From NCBI GenBank assembly GCA_963783305.1, contig CAWAMW010000017.1, positions 384,001 to 448,000 of the forward strand: DNA of 64,000 bases. The letters run 5' to 3'. Within the stretch, counting starts at the first letter, position 1. Each line of letters opens with the position of its first letter. Shown in pieces: positions 18,969-28,126 of the stretch. Source of the DNA: an uncultured Gemmatimonadales bacterium. Its GTDB lineage: Bacteria; Gemmatimonadota; Gemmatimonadetes; Longimicrobiales; RSA9. The position numbers and the translations under genes are program-made. The notes beneath the pieces are model-generated. The model saw only the letters and a list, made by a program, of their open reading frames with translations. It had not been told where the DNA came from and made no database searches.

Positions 18969-21334
18969 ACGCGGTGGCCCCCACGTCCATACGGAAGATC
19001 GCCGCCGCCTTCCTGATCGCGCTCGCGGCGGGCGCCTGCTCCCCGGAGGAAGAGCCGGTGGCCCGGCGGATGGCGGGGGACGTGGAGGAAGTGCTGGGCG
19101 CCACGGCGCCGGAAGATCTGCCGGCGCAGGCGCGGGGTCTGCTCGAGACGGATCGGCCGTGGCGGGCATCGCGTCTCATGGAGCGGTACCTGGAAGCCAC
19201 GCCGGACGCGCCGCCCGAGGACCTCGTGCTGGCGGCGCGCGCGGAGGGCGGCTGGGGTTCGTGGGAAGAGGTACTGGCGCTCCTCGACACCGTGCCGGCG
19301 CTGGAGAGCCACGCGGACGGCATCGGCCTGTACCTCCTGGGTCGCGGCCGGGACGAGGCCGGCGACACGGACGGGGCCGTGGAAGCGTACCGCGCGTTCC
19401 TCGCCTTTTCGCCACCGCAGGGGGAACTGGAGCCGGAGCGGGGCGCGGCGCGGCTGCGTCTCGCCCTCGCGCTGATCCAGTCGGGGCAGGGTGCGGCGGG
19501 TGAGGAGGCGCTGGCCGGGCTGGAGGTGTCGTCGCGCTGGTTCGATGTGCTGCGGGCGGACGCGCTGGCGCTGCGGGGCGACACCGCGGCGGTTCGACAG
19601 GCCGTGGCCGGCCTCGACAGCGGCATCCTCGGACTTCGCGGCTGGCGGGCGCGGGTGACCGCCGCCGAGCGCGCCGGCGACCTGGCCGAGGCGCGCGCGC
19701 TGGCGAATCGCGCACGCGCGTGGGCCCGGACGTCCACCACCGAGGCGGAGTTCCTGCTCACCGCCGGCAGGATCGCCGTGGCCATGGGTGACACCGCGGC
19801 GGGGCGCGATGCGTTCCGAAGCGTCATCGCGAGTGGCGCCGGCAGCGCCCGTGCCCGACGCGCCGCGGCGCTCCTGCTGGAGGACGAGATGACCCCCGAC
19901 GATCACCTTGCGGTGGCCCGGGTCCAGGTGGCGCAGGGGCTCCAGGAAGAAGCCATCGAGGGGTTCGAGCGCTGGCTCGAGTCGGGACGCGGCTCCAGCT
20001 CCGAGCGGGAGGAGGTCCACCTCGAGCACGCCACGGCACTCTTCTACGCCGAGCGCTATCGCCAGGCCATCCAGGCGCTGGAGCCCATCGAGGGGCGGCT
20101 TTCCGCCCGAATGCTCCGCGCCCGCGCCGAGGCCCACCGCGGCCACACCGACGAAGCCGCCCGGCTCTACCTCGACATCGCCGGAGACCGCGCCGGCTCG
20201 ACCGCCGCCAACGCCCGCTTCATCGCAGCCGGCACCTATCACGATGCGGGGGAGACGGAGAAGGCCCGGGATCTCTACCGCGATGTGGTCCGGCGATACC
20301 CCGGCAGCGACCGCATGGGCCACGCGCTCATGCGGCTGGCCGGTATCGCCTTCGAGGAGGAAGACTACACCGAGGCCGCCCGCATATGGGACCAGTATCG
20401 GAAGCGGTATCCCAACGGCGACCGGGCCATCCAGGCCACGTACTGGGCGGGGAGGGCGCGCGAGGAGAGGGGCGACTCGGCTGACGCCGCCGCGCTGTTC
20501 CGCGCCGTGCGGGAGAGCGACCGGAACTCCTATTACGCGCTCATGGCCAGCCGCCGGCTCGGCGAGCCGTTCTGGCCGCTCCCCATGAGCCCGAGCCCGG
20601 CCGCCGACGCGGAGGCCGACCGCCGCGTCGGCGTCTGGATCCGCGAGCTCGACCTGCTTCGAAGCGCCGGCTTCGACGCGGCCGCCGCCGCCATGGCCGA
20701 TGACCTCGTGGGAGAGGTGGGCGGCGATCGCGCCACCCGATACGCGCTGGCCGAGGCCCTCGCCGATCGGGGCTACAGCCGGGGCGCCATCCGCCTGGGC
20801 AACAGCCTGCAGACCGCCGGGCCGCCCGACCGCCGGCTACTCCAGATCCTCTATCCGTTCCCCTACCGGACGCTCATCACCGAGGAGGCGCGCGACCGGG
20901 GGCTCGACCCCTTCATCGCGGCCGCCCTGATCCGGCAGGAATCGATGTTCGAGGCGCTCATCACCTCGCCCGCCGGCGCCCGCGGACTCATGCAGATCAT
21001 GCCGGCCACAGGCGCTCGCCTCGCCGAGGCGGCCGGCATGGAACGCTGGAACGCAGAGCTCCTCTACCACCCCGAGATCAACGTCCATCTCGGGATCCGC
21101 TACGTCGCCCAGCACATGGAGAACTACGACGGCTCCCTCCCCTCCGTCTTCTCCGCCTACAACGCCGGCAGCCACCGCGTGGAATGGTGGAGCGAGTTCC
21201 CGGAGTACGGGGACGACGAGCTGTTCACGGAGCGGATCCCCTACCGGGAGACCCGGAACTACGTCAAGATCCTGACGCGGAACAGGGCGCTGTACGACGG
21301 GCTGTACTCGGGTTCGGTCGAGCCCACGAGCTGA
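18965..21334 (+). CDS. TPR-containing soluble lytic transglycosylase (Slt-like) lipoprotein
   Basis: Lipobox AGAC, TPR-like repeats, SLT motifs IRQES, GARGLMQ, AYNAG, ETRNYV. Confidence 0.93.
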   Translation: MNAVAPTSIRKIAAAFLIALAAGACSPEEEPVARRMAGDVEEVLGATAPEDLPAQARGLLETDRPWRASRLMERYLEATPDAPPEDLVLAARAEGGWGSWEEVLALLDTVPALESHADGIGLYLLGRGRDEAGDTDGAVEAYRAFLAFSPPQGELEPERGAARLRLALALIQSGQGAAGEEALAGLEVSSRWFDVLRADALALRGDTAAVRQAVAGLDSGILGLRGWRARVTAAERAGDLAEARALANRARAWARTSTTEAEFLLTAGRIAVAMGDTAAGRDAFRSVIASGAGSARARRAAALLLEDEMTPDDHLAVARVQVAQGLQEEAIEGFERWLESGRGSSSEREEVHLEHATALFYAERYRQAIQALEPIEGRLSARMLRARAEAHRGHTDEAARLYLDIAGDRAGSTAANARFIAAGTYHDAGETEKARDLYRDVVRRYPGSDRMGHALMRLAGIAFEEEDYTEAARIWDQYRKRYPNGDRAIQATYWAGRAREERGDSADAAALFRAVRESDRNSYYALMASRRLGEPFWPLPMSPSPAADAEADRRVGVWIRELDLLRSAGFDAAAAAMADDLVGEVGGDRATRYALAEALADRGYSRGAIRLGNSLQTAGPPDRRLLQILYPFPYRTLITEEARDRGLDPFIAAALIRQESMFEALITSPAGARGLMQIMPATGARLAEAAGMERWNAELLYHPEINVHLGIRYVAQHMENYDGSLPSVFSAYNAGSHRVEWWSEFPEYGDDELFTERIPYRETRNYVKILTRNRALYDGLYSGSVEPTS

Positions 21335-21533
21335 GCCGGTCTACGGACGCTCGCGGCGAGTCGCGGGGTCTGGATGCACGCGTCGTGTGGGGCGTTCCTC
21401 CACATCCGGGCTTCGTCATCCTCGCGGGTATCCCCCTACTGCGCGCCCACCACGGCCCCCGCAGATTGATCTCAGGGGCAACCCCGGCCGCCCGCCGGAG
21501 GCCCCATACTCGCCGGCGACCAAGGAGTCCGCC

Positions 21534-21671
21534 GTGAGCCGTGAGAACGAAGGCAACGGACGACCCGCTCTCTTCAAGGCCGTCTTCATCCTCATCTCCA
21601 CGCTGGTCGTGGCCGCCATGGCCTACGCGGGCTGGATCGTCGTGATCTACTGGGATCACGTCGGCGTCTGA
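21534..21671 (+). CDS. 45-aa single-TM protein heading the nor operon
   Basis: AAGGAG RBS, GTG start, one TM helix, ends 10 nt before norC. Confidence 0.7.
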   Translation: MSRENEGNGRPALFKAVFILISTLVVAAMAYAGWIVVIYWDHVGV

Positions 21672-21681
21672 GGAGACCACC

Positions 21682-22497
21682 ATGACATACAAGCAGGCCG
21701 TCACGTTCTTCTTCGCGGTGACCGGCATCTTCATCGCGGTGTTCGTGGGACTTACTCTGCACAGCCACACCCGCTTCCCCGCGCTGACGCACGCCGATCA
21801 GATCACCGATCAGGTGCTCGACGGGAAGGACGTGTGGCACCACAACAACTGCGTGAACTGCCACACGCTCATGGGCGAGGGAGCGTATTACGCGCCGGAC
21901 CTGACACACATCACCCGCCAGCGGGGGGACGCGTACCTGAGCACGTTCCTCCAGGACCCCGGTCGGTTCTACAACGCAGAGGAACACCGCCGCGTGATGC
22001 CGGACCAGGGCCTCGACGACGTGCAGATCGCGAGCGTCATCGCATTCCTCGGGTGGATCGCCGCCATCGACAACTTCGACTGGCCGCCACGCCCTATCCT
22101 GGTGACGGGTGGAGTACCCGGAGGATACGGCGGCGAGCCCACCGCGGCGGCCTCCTCGGATGACCCCGTGGCGCAGGGTCAAACCCTGTTCCGGTCATCG
22201 CCTCCCTCTTGCTTCACCTGCCACTCCACGTCGCCCAACGTGGTGCTCGCGGGGCCCTCGATGGCGGGGCTGGTGGAGCGGGCGGGCCAGGTGGTGCAGA
22301 GCGCTGACTATACGGGCTCGGCCACGAGCGCGGAGGGCTATATCCGGGAGTCCATCGTGGACCCCGGCGCCCACATCGCCGACGGTCCCGACTTCTTCGC
22401 CTCCGACGGGCGGTCCATGATGCCCGCCGACTTCGACCAGTCGCTGACCGACGACCAGCTCGATCAGCTGGTGGCCTATCTCATGTCGCTGCGCTGA
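21682..22497 (+). CDS. norC: Nitric oxide reductase cytochrome c subunit, di-heme variant
   Basis: N-terminal TM, CVNCH..GEGAYYAPDL..VMP, a second CFTCH..MMP domain after a Gly/Pro linker. Confidence 0.88.
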   Translation: MTYKQAVTFFFAVTGIFIAVFVGLTLHSHTRFPALTHADQITDQVLDGKDVWHHNNCVNCHTLMGEGAYYAPDLTHITRQRGDAYLSTFLQDPGRFYNAEEHRRVMPDQGLDDVQIASVIAFLGWIAAIDNFDWPPRPILVTGGVPGGYGGEPTAAASSDDPVAQGQTLFRSSPPSCFTCHSTSPNVVLAGPSMAGLVERAGQVVQSADYTGSATSAEGYIRESIVDPGAHIADGPDFFASDGRSMMPADFDQSLTDDQLDQLVAYLMSLR

Positions 22498-22513
22498 GCC
22501 AAGGAGAGGAACC

Positions 22514-23887
22514 ATGCGGTATCGCACGCAGGCGGTAGCATACTGGTATTTCGCGGTCGCGCTCACCCTCTTCGCGCTGCAGCTCGTGTTCGGCTTCCTC
22601 ATGGCGGCGAAATACCTGGGGCCGGACCCGCTCCAGACCGTGCTGCCCTTCAATGTGGCCAAGACGCTGCACACCAACCTGCTCGTGGTCTGGATCCTGG
22701 CGGGGTTCCTGGGCTCCGCTTTCTACGTGATCCCCGAGGAGTCGAAGGTGGAGCTTCACAGCCCCACGCTCGCCTACTGGACGCTGGGGCTCCTCACGGC
22801 TCTGGGCGTGACCGCCGTGGTCGGCTACTTCTTCGGCTGGACGGAGGGGAACAAGCTCCTCGAGCAGCCCTTGCCGATCAAGCTCGGGCTGGTGGTGGTG
22901 TTCGGGATGTTCGGCTACAACGTAGTCCGGACGATGGCGAAGGGCGCGAAGCCGACCGCAACGTCGGTGATCCTCGTGGGCGGCATCTTTGGCGCGGCGC
23001 TCCTCTACCTCCCATCGCTGCTGTCGTACACGAACTATACGATCGCCACCTTCTATCGCTGGTGGACCATTCACCTGTGGGTGGAGGGGGTGTTCGAGCT
23101 GATCCAGGGAGCGCTCCTGGCCTTCCTCCTCATCCGCCTCACGGGTGTGGAGCGGAGCCGGGTGGAGAAGTGGCTCTACGTGGTCATCGGCCTCACGTTC
23201 GCCACGGGACTCATCGGCACCGCGCACCACTACTTCTGGATCGGCGTGCCCGAGTACTGGCTGCCGCTGGGCGGGTTCTTCAGCGCGCTGGAGCCGCTAC
23301 CGTTCGTCGGCATGGCCATCATGGCCTATGTCGCGCTCCGTTCCATGGAACGGCGCCCCGCCAACATGATCGCGCTGCACTGGGCGGCGGGCAGTGCCCT
23401 CGTCGCCCTCATCGGCGCCGGCGTTCTCGGCTTCGCCCACACGTGGCCCGCGGTGAACCAGTGGACGCATGGCACCCTGATTACTCCCATGCACGGCCAC
23501 CTGGCATTCTTCGGTGCCTACGGGATGATCATCCTGGGCATGATGACCTACTCGCTCCCCTTCGTCACCGGCAACGCCGATGCCGAGGTCCGGCACGGGG
23601 GGGTGGGTCTCTGGGCCTTCTGGCTCATGGTTTCCGGGATCACGGGCATGACCCTGAGCTTCGCCGCAGGCGGCCTTGGCCAGGTCTACCTCGAGAGGAT
23701 CATGGGCCTCGGATATCTGGAGACCCAGCAGCGAATTCAGGTGCATTTCCAGATGCTCCTGGCCACGGCCTCCCTCTTCAGCCTGGGCGCGCTGCTCTTC
23801 CTGTTCGATTTCTTCGTCCTCAACCCCAAGCGCGGCGAGCTGCTGGCCGAGCCGGTGCGGGACGTCGAGGTGCCGAGCCGGACCTAG
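22514..23887 (+). CDS. norB: Nitric oxide reductase large subunit (cNOR)
   Basis: LHTN, HLWVEGVFE, GTAHHY, SALEP and HGHLAFFG supply all six His ligands and the conserved Glu residues. Confidence 0.93.
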   Translation: MRYRTQAVAYWYFAVALTLFALQLVFGFLMAAKYLGPDPLQTVLPFNVAKTLHTNLLVVWILAGFLGSAFYVIPEESKVELHSPTLAYWTLGLLTALGVTAVVGYFFGWTEGNKLLEQPLPIKLGLVVVFGMFGYNVVRTMAKGAKPTATSVILVGGIFGAALLYLPSLLSYTNYTIATFYRWWTIHLWVEGVFELIQGALLAFLLIRLTGVERSRVEKWLYVVIGLTFATGLIGTAHHYFWIGVPEYWLPLGGFFSALEPLPFVGMAIMAYVALRSMERRPANMIALHWAAGSALVALIGAGVLGFAHTWPAVNQWTHGTLITPMHGHLAFFGAYGMIILGMMTYSLPFVTGNADAEVRHGGVGLWAFWLMVSGITGMTLSFAAGGLGQVYLERIMGLGYLETQQRIQVHFQMLLATASLFSLGALLFLFDFFVLNPKRGELLAEPVRDVEVPSRT

Positions 23888-24108
23888 CGTGTCCGCTGGT
23901 GGACGTACATGCAGGCATCCTCCGCGCCCGAGCGCTGGAGGCTGCCCGGCGCCCATTCCGGCGGGATGCCCCGCAGACACTCCTGGTGGGAGTCGTAGTC
24001 TTCGGCGCGAAACGTCGGACCGCTGCCGGCCTCCAGCAGGAGGGCGGCCACGATGGCGGTGAGGATGGCGGTCAGGACCGCCGCGGTGATCCAGGTGGAC
24101 GGGGTCAT
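23884..24108 (-). CDS. Small membrane-anchored protein with two Cys
   Basis: N-terminal TM and C..C pair. TATCTT lies 6 nt before the ATG. Its stop overlaps the norB stop (CTAG). Confidence 0.65.
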   Translation of the reverse strand: MTPSTWITAAVLTAILTAIVAALLLEAGSGPTFRAEDYDSHQECLRGIPPEWAPGSLQRSGAEDACMYVHQRTR

Positions 24109-24236
24109 GGGCGGAAGATAGTCACACGAAGACGGCAGGCGAAGCCGCGGCGTGTGCCGCTCCTCCGCCTGCCATCGTGTTCAGCCGTGCTTCAGCTATG
24201 TCGTGGACGTGTGGGCCCGATCCGGGTCACGACCGG

Positions 24237-24827
24237 TCAGTGCTGCCGCTCCGGCTGCGGTCGATCCTCTCGCATCTTCCGCTTCACCTCTCGCGTCTCG
24301 TCCCGGGCGAATTCGCCGGTCTCACGCGCCTCGCGCTTCAACACCGAGGAATCGTGTTCCAGGGTGTCGCGCCCGTGTTCCAGGCGCAGCGAGTCGCTGC
24401 TCTGAAGGTCCCGCGCGGCGCTCATGGCCAACGCGCCCGCCGCAATGGCCAGCACGCCACCCACGATCAGGGCGCCCGCCCAGAACGCGCCGCCGAGCAG
24501 CTGCCCCACGGCCAGGATCGCGCCCGCCGTGAGCGCCAGCCCCGCCAGGGAGCCGAGCGACAACGCCACCCCGACCTTGGCCACGTCCTTCACCAGCGTT
24601 CGGCCCGCGTCCTGGATGTCGGCGGAAAAGGCATTGGCCACGTCCCGCACCTCCAGCTTGGCCAGGGTCAGCTCGTCATGCGCGAGCTGCGACGCGTCCT
24701 GGCCGAGTCGGGCGATCAGCGTGCGAAGGTCCAACCCGTCGGAGCCGTTGCCGGACGGCGGCAGCCGCCGCACGTCCGACTCCAGTTCCAGGTCTCCGCG
24801 GTCGTCCAGCGTGTACCGTTTCGCCAT
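24237..24827 (-). CDS. Holin-like (superfamily III) two-TM membrane protein
   Basis: L..DELTLAKLE followed by two TM helices. Typical partner of DUF3618 proteins. Confidence 0.75.
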   Translation of the reverse strand: MAKRYTLDDRGDLELESDVRRLPPSGNGSDGLDLRTLIARLGQDASQLAHDELTLAKLEVRDVANAFSADIQDAGRTLVKDVAKVGVALSLGSLAGLALTAGAILAVGQLLGGAFWAGALIVGGVLAIAAGALAMSAARDLQSSDSLRLEHGRDTLEHDSSVLKREARETGEFARDETREVKRKMREDRPQPERQH

Positions 24828-24828
24828 G

Positions 24829-25830
24829 CTACCTCCCCGGCTCGCGCATGGCGTTCATGCCGGTGGAGCTCCGGCTCCCGGCCCCCCGGGACTCGCTGCT
24901 GTCGTCCTCCGCGAGCACCTCGTCCACCGCCCGGTGCGCCGACCTGCTGGCCGTCTCACGGGCCATGTCACGCGCCTTCGATGCGGCGCGACGAGCGCCC
25001 TCCTCGGCCCGCTCCTTCACACGCTCCCGGGCGTCACCCATGAGCTCACGCTCCCGGTCCGTCTCCGGCAGCAGCAACCCCGCCGCCAGACCGAGCGCCG
25101 CGGCCATGGCGCCCGCAACCAGCGGGTTCTCGCCCACCGCGTGCTCCACGCGCCGCTCCGCCCGCCGAGCGCGATACGTTGCCTCGTGCATTCCTTCACG
25201 CACGTCGTGTTTCAGCTCGCGGCCTCGTTCCCGCGCGGAGCTGGCCATCTCGTGCCCCTTCTCCCGGGCGCTGTCCATGGCCTCTTCACCCCGCTCACGC
25301 ACACTCTCCATCGCCTCTTCGCCCCGCTCACGGACCCGGTCGGCGGCTTCCGCCATCCGGCCGTCTTCGTCCGCGCCGTCCATGTCGTACCTCTCGTCTA
25401 CGTCCTGCCCGTACGCTGTGCCCGCGACCGGCCGGTAACGGTTCGGCACATCCCGATCACGGCCGTACGGGTATGGCTCTCGACGCAGGGTCCGGCTGCG
25501 GTAGCCGCTGTCGTCGTCGCGGGCGCCATTGGTCACCAGCCACGCCAGGCCGACACCTACCATGCCCGCGGGGATCGGGTTCTCCCGGATCGTGTCCCAC
25601 ACCCCTCGTCCGGTCTCTCGCATCTCGTGCTCCACCTCGTCCATGGTATGCCTCGCCTTCCGTTTTACGTTGTGCTTCAGCTCGTCCACCTGTCCCCGCG
25701 CTCGGACCTTCAGCTCGTGCTGCACACGGTCGGGATGGACACGGTCGCCAATCTCCTCCACCGTGCGACCCATCCGCCTGCGCGTCGCCTCGATCCGCTC
25801 CAGGACCTCACGTTCGGATTCCCTAGCCAT
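24829..25830 (-). CDS. DUF3618-domain protein with ElaB/DUF883-like segments
   Basis: IEATRRRMGRTVEEI, ENPIPAGMVGVG, ENPLVAGA..LLLPET, 11-aa repeats. Confidence 0.8.
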   Translation of the reverse strand: MARESEREVLERIEATRRRMGRTVEEIGDRVHPDRVQHELKVRARGQVDELKHNVKRKARHTMDEVEHEMRETGRGVWDTIRENPIPAGMVGVGLAWLVTNGARDDDSGYRSRTLRREPYPYGRDRDVPNRYRPVAGTAYGQDVDERYDMDGADEDGRMAEAADRVRERGEEAMESVRERGEEAMDSAREKGHEMASSARERGRELKHDVREGMHEATYRARRAERRVEHAVGENPLVAGAMAAALGLAAGLLLPETDRERELMGDARERVKERAEEGARRAASKARDMARETASRSAHRAVDEVLAEDDSSESRGAGSRSSTGMNAMREPGR

Positions 25831-26608
25831 TGAACTCGCCTCCGCGCTGCGTCCCGCGGGTGGGCTCGTCCAGCTCGTAGGACTCGGGCCCGTCGATGGA
25901 ACGCTCCGCCTCCACCGCGCGGTCATCCGGCAGCGAGCGATCGGCACGCGCCGACCGCACGTTGCCGAAATCGTCGGTCTCGTACGCGCCACGGCTCTCG
26001 AGCGGCTCGCGCGTCTCGTAGGCCGGAAGGTCGCCGTAGGACTCGCCGCCACGATACGAGCGGCCCTCGCCGGCATAGTCGCGGCCGGCGTGATCCTGGT
26101 CGGAGTCCGGCGGCGAGCTCTTGAGGAATCGGGCGCCCAGCATCCCCAGGGTGAACGCGCCGCTCAGGAACACGGGGGTGTGCTCGCGGGCGAAGCTCCG
26201 GACGTCCCGACCGAGGGAACTCACGTCCCGCTCCGCCAGGTAATGCGACGCGTCCTCGGCCCGGTCCGCCACGGCGTCCAGCAGACGGCCGTACTGCCGC
26301 TGGTCCTCCGGCATCTCCTCGCCGCTCCGCCGAAGCGCGTCAGCCATGGAAAGGAGACCGGTGCTCACCCGCTCCTTCTGATCCTCCGCCTGGCTCCGCG
26401 CACGGGCCTTCCCCTCCCGCGCCATTTCCTTCCCCTTCTCGCGCGCCTCCGCCTTCAGGTCCTCGGCCTTGTCCGCCGCCTGGTCCTTGAGCTCGCCGGC
26501 CTTGTCCGCCGCCTGGTCCTTCAGCTCCCGCGCCGTCTCCTTTGCACCGCCGTCATGAGCCGAGTCCGAACCCGCCTCCATACCGGTTCCCGTGATCCCG
26601 TCCGCCAT
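25823..26608 (-). CDS. LEA-like general-stress protein
   Basis: 11-aa repeat ELKDQAADKA (33-bp spacing), FAREHTPVFLSGAF.LG..ARFLKSS. RBS GGAGG. Confidence 0.75.
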   Translation of the reverse strand: MADGITGTGMEAGSDSAHDGGAKETARELKDQAADKAGELKDQAADKAEDLKAEAREKGKEMAREGKARARSQAEDQKERVSTGLLSMADALRRSGEEMPEDQRQYGRLLDAVADRAEDASHYLAERDVSSLGRDVRSFAREHTPVFLSGAFTLGMLGARFLKSSPPDSDQDHAGRDYAGEGRSYRGGESYGDLPAYETREPLESRGAYETDDFGNVRSARADRSLPDDRAVEAERSIDGPESYELDEPTRGTQRGGEFNG

Positions 26609-26695
26609 CTGTCTACCTCCGTCGCTGGCTTCGCCTTGAATTAAAAACGCGCTCGCAGCCCCATCGAGAGGCGTCGAGCGCGCACCCCGGAGTAG

Positions 26696-26746
26696 TGCAG
26701 GGGCCGTGCCATGAACCGCTGTAAATGATTGCCGTACCGCGACTTA
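26696..26746 (-). promoter_or_regulatory. Sigma54 (-24/-12) promoter with an upstream IHF-like site
   Basis: Minus strand TGGCAC-GGCCC-CTGCA (26711-26696). Upstream is TAAGTCGCG-N6-CAATCATTTA, which contains CAA-N4-TTA. Confidence 0.7.
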
Positions 26747-26774
26747 GCGGTACGGGATTACTGCACGGAGAGGT

Positions 26775-28124
26775 CTACCCCGCGGGGATCCGCTCCAACG
26801 CACGCTGCACGTCAGCGCCGCCGGGCTGCTGGTAGACGCGGAGCTCGAACTCGGGAACCGCGGCGAGGACGTGGTCGAAGATGTCGGCCTGGAGGGCCTC
26901 GTAGAAGGCCCAGCGGGTGTCGCTGGTGAAGACGTAGATCTCGATGGGCAGCCCCTGCGGCCCCGGTGCGAGTTGCCGGACGAGGAAGGTCATGTCCTGC
27001 CGGATCTCGGGGTGGGTCTTCAAATACTCGATGAGGTACGCGCGGAAGGTCCCGACGTTGGTGAGCCGGCGGGCGTGGGGTGTGACGCCCTCTCCGGGGG
27101 TCCGGCCGGCGTTGTAGGATTTTACCTCGTCGCGTTTTCGTGCGATGTACTCGCGGAGCAGCTCCCACTGTGCGAAGCGCTGCACCTCGTCGGGCTCGAG
27201 GTAGCGGATCGTGCTCTGGTCGAGGTGGACTGCGCGCTTGATCCTGCGCCCGCCGGACTCCTGCATCCCCCGCCAGTTCTTGAACGAGTGCTCGAGGAAC
27301 TTGTGGGTGGGAATCACGCTGAGGGTGCGGTCCCAGTTCTGGACGGTGATCGAGTTGAGGGCGATATCCACGACATCGCCGTCGGCCTCGAACTGGGGCA
27401 TCTCGATCCAGTCGCCCACCCGGATGAGGTCGTTGGTGGTGATCTGGACGCCGGCCACGAGGGATAGGAGCGTGTCGCGGAAGACGAGCAGGAGCACGGC
27501 GGTCATGGCGCCGAGACCGCTCAGGAGCGGGATGGGCGAGCGGTCCATGAGGATGGCCGCGACCATGATGACGCCGGCCAGGTGCGCGACGATATTGGCG
27601 ACCTGGAGGAACCCCTTGATCGGCCGCTCCCGCGCTCGCGGCTGGAGTGTGTAGATGCGATTGATGCCGTCGAGGAGCGCGGCGAACGCGCGCACCACCA
27701 CCAGGACTATGCTGGCGAGGATCACGCGCTTGACGATGAGGAGCACCGCTGGCGGGACGAAGGGGATCAGGTCCACGCCGATCTGCCAGACCACGAGCGG
27801 AACGGCCCAGGCGAGGCGGTGGGGCAGCCGCGACTCGAAGAGCGCGTCGTCCCACCCCTGCTGTGTGGAGCGCGCCAGGCGCTCGAGGAACCAGAGCAGG
27901 TAGTACCGCACGATCCGGTGCACGATCTCTCCCACCACCAGAACCGCGACGGCCACCACGAGCGAAGAGATCAGTGGGTTCGCGGCGATGAGGTCGGCGG
28001 CGGGTGCCAGCAGCGGATGGATCGCCGCGGCGGCCCGCGCCGGGAGGTCCTCATCGACCGCGGCCGCGGGAGTCGCCTCCTGCAGGAGTGCCCAGCCTGA
28101 ACGGATTGGTGGGAAGACCGCCAC
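26775..28124 (-). CDS. Mechanosensitive channel MscS family (YbdG/MscM-like)
   Basis: LLLVFRDTLLSLVAG, VGDWIEMP..ADGDV, NWRGMQESGGRRIKR, GLPIEIY. Start approximate. Confidence 0.92.
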   Translation of the reverse strand: MAVFPPIRSGWALLQEATPAAAVDEDLPARAAAAIHPLLAPAADLIAANPLISSLVVAVAVLVVGEIVHRIVRYYLLWFLERLARSTQQGWDDALFESRLPHRLAWAVPLVVWQIGVDLIPFVPPAVLLIVKRVILASIVLVVVRAFAALLDGINRIYTLQPRARERPIKGFLQVANIVAHLAGVIMVAAILMDRSPIPLLSGLGAMTAVLLLVFRDTLLSLVAGVQITTNDLIRVGDWIEMPQFEADGDVVDIALNSITVQNWDRTLSVIPTHKFLEHSFKNWRGMQESGGRRIKRAVHLDQSTIRYLEPDEVQRFAQWELLREYIARKRDEVKSYNAGRTPGEGVTPHARRLTNVGTFRAYLIEYLKTHPEIRQDMTFLVRQLAPGPQGLPIEIYVFTSDTRWAFYEALQADIFDHVLAAVPEFELRVYQQPGGADVQRALERIPAG

Positions 28125-28126
28125 GA

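Noticed and set aside
21466..21481. FNR/DNR box before the nor operon
   Set aside because: TTGAT is present, but the second half (GGCAA) is at N6 rather than N4. It is at best a half-site.
24237..24827. Prophage lysis gene
   Set aside because: The holin-like protein sits in a DUF3618 stress operon with no phage genes nearby. The Slt gene looks like a cellular TPR lipoprotein.
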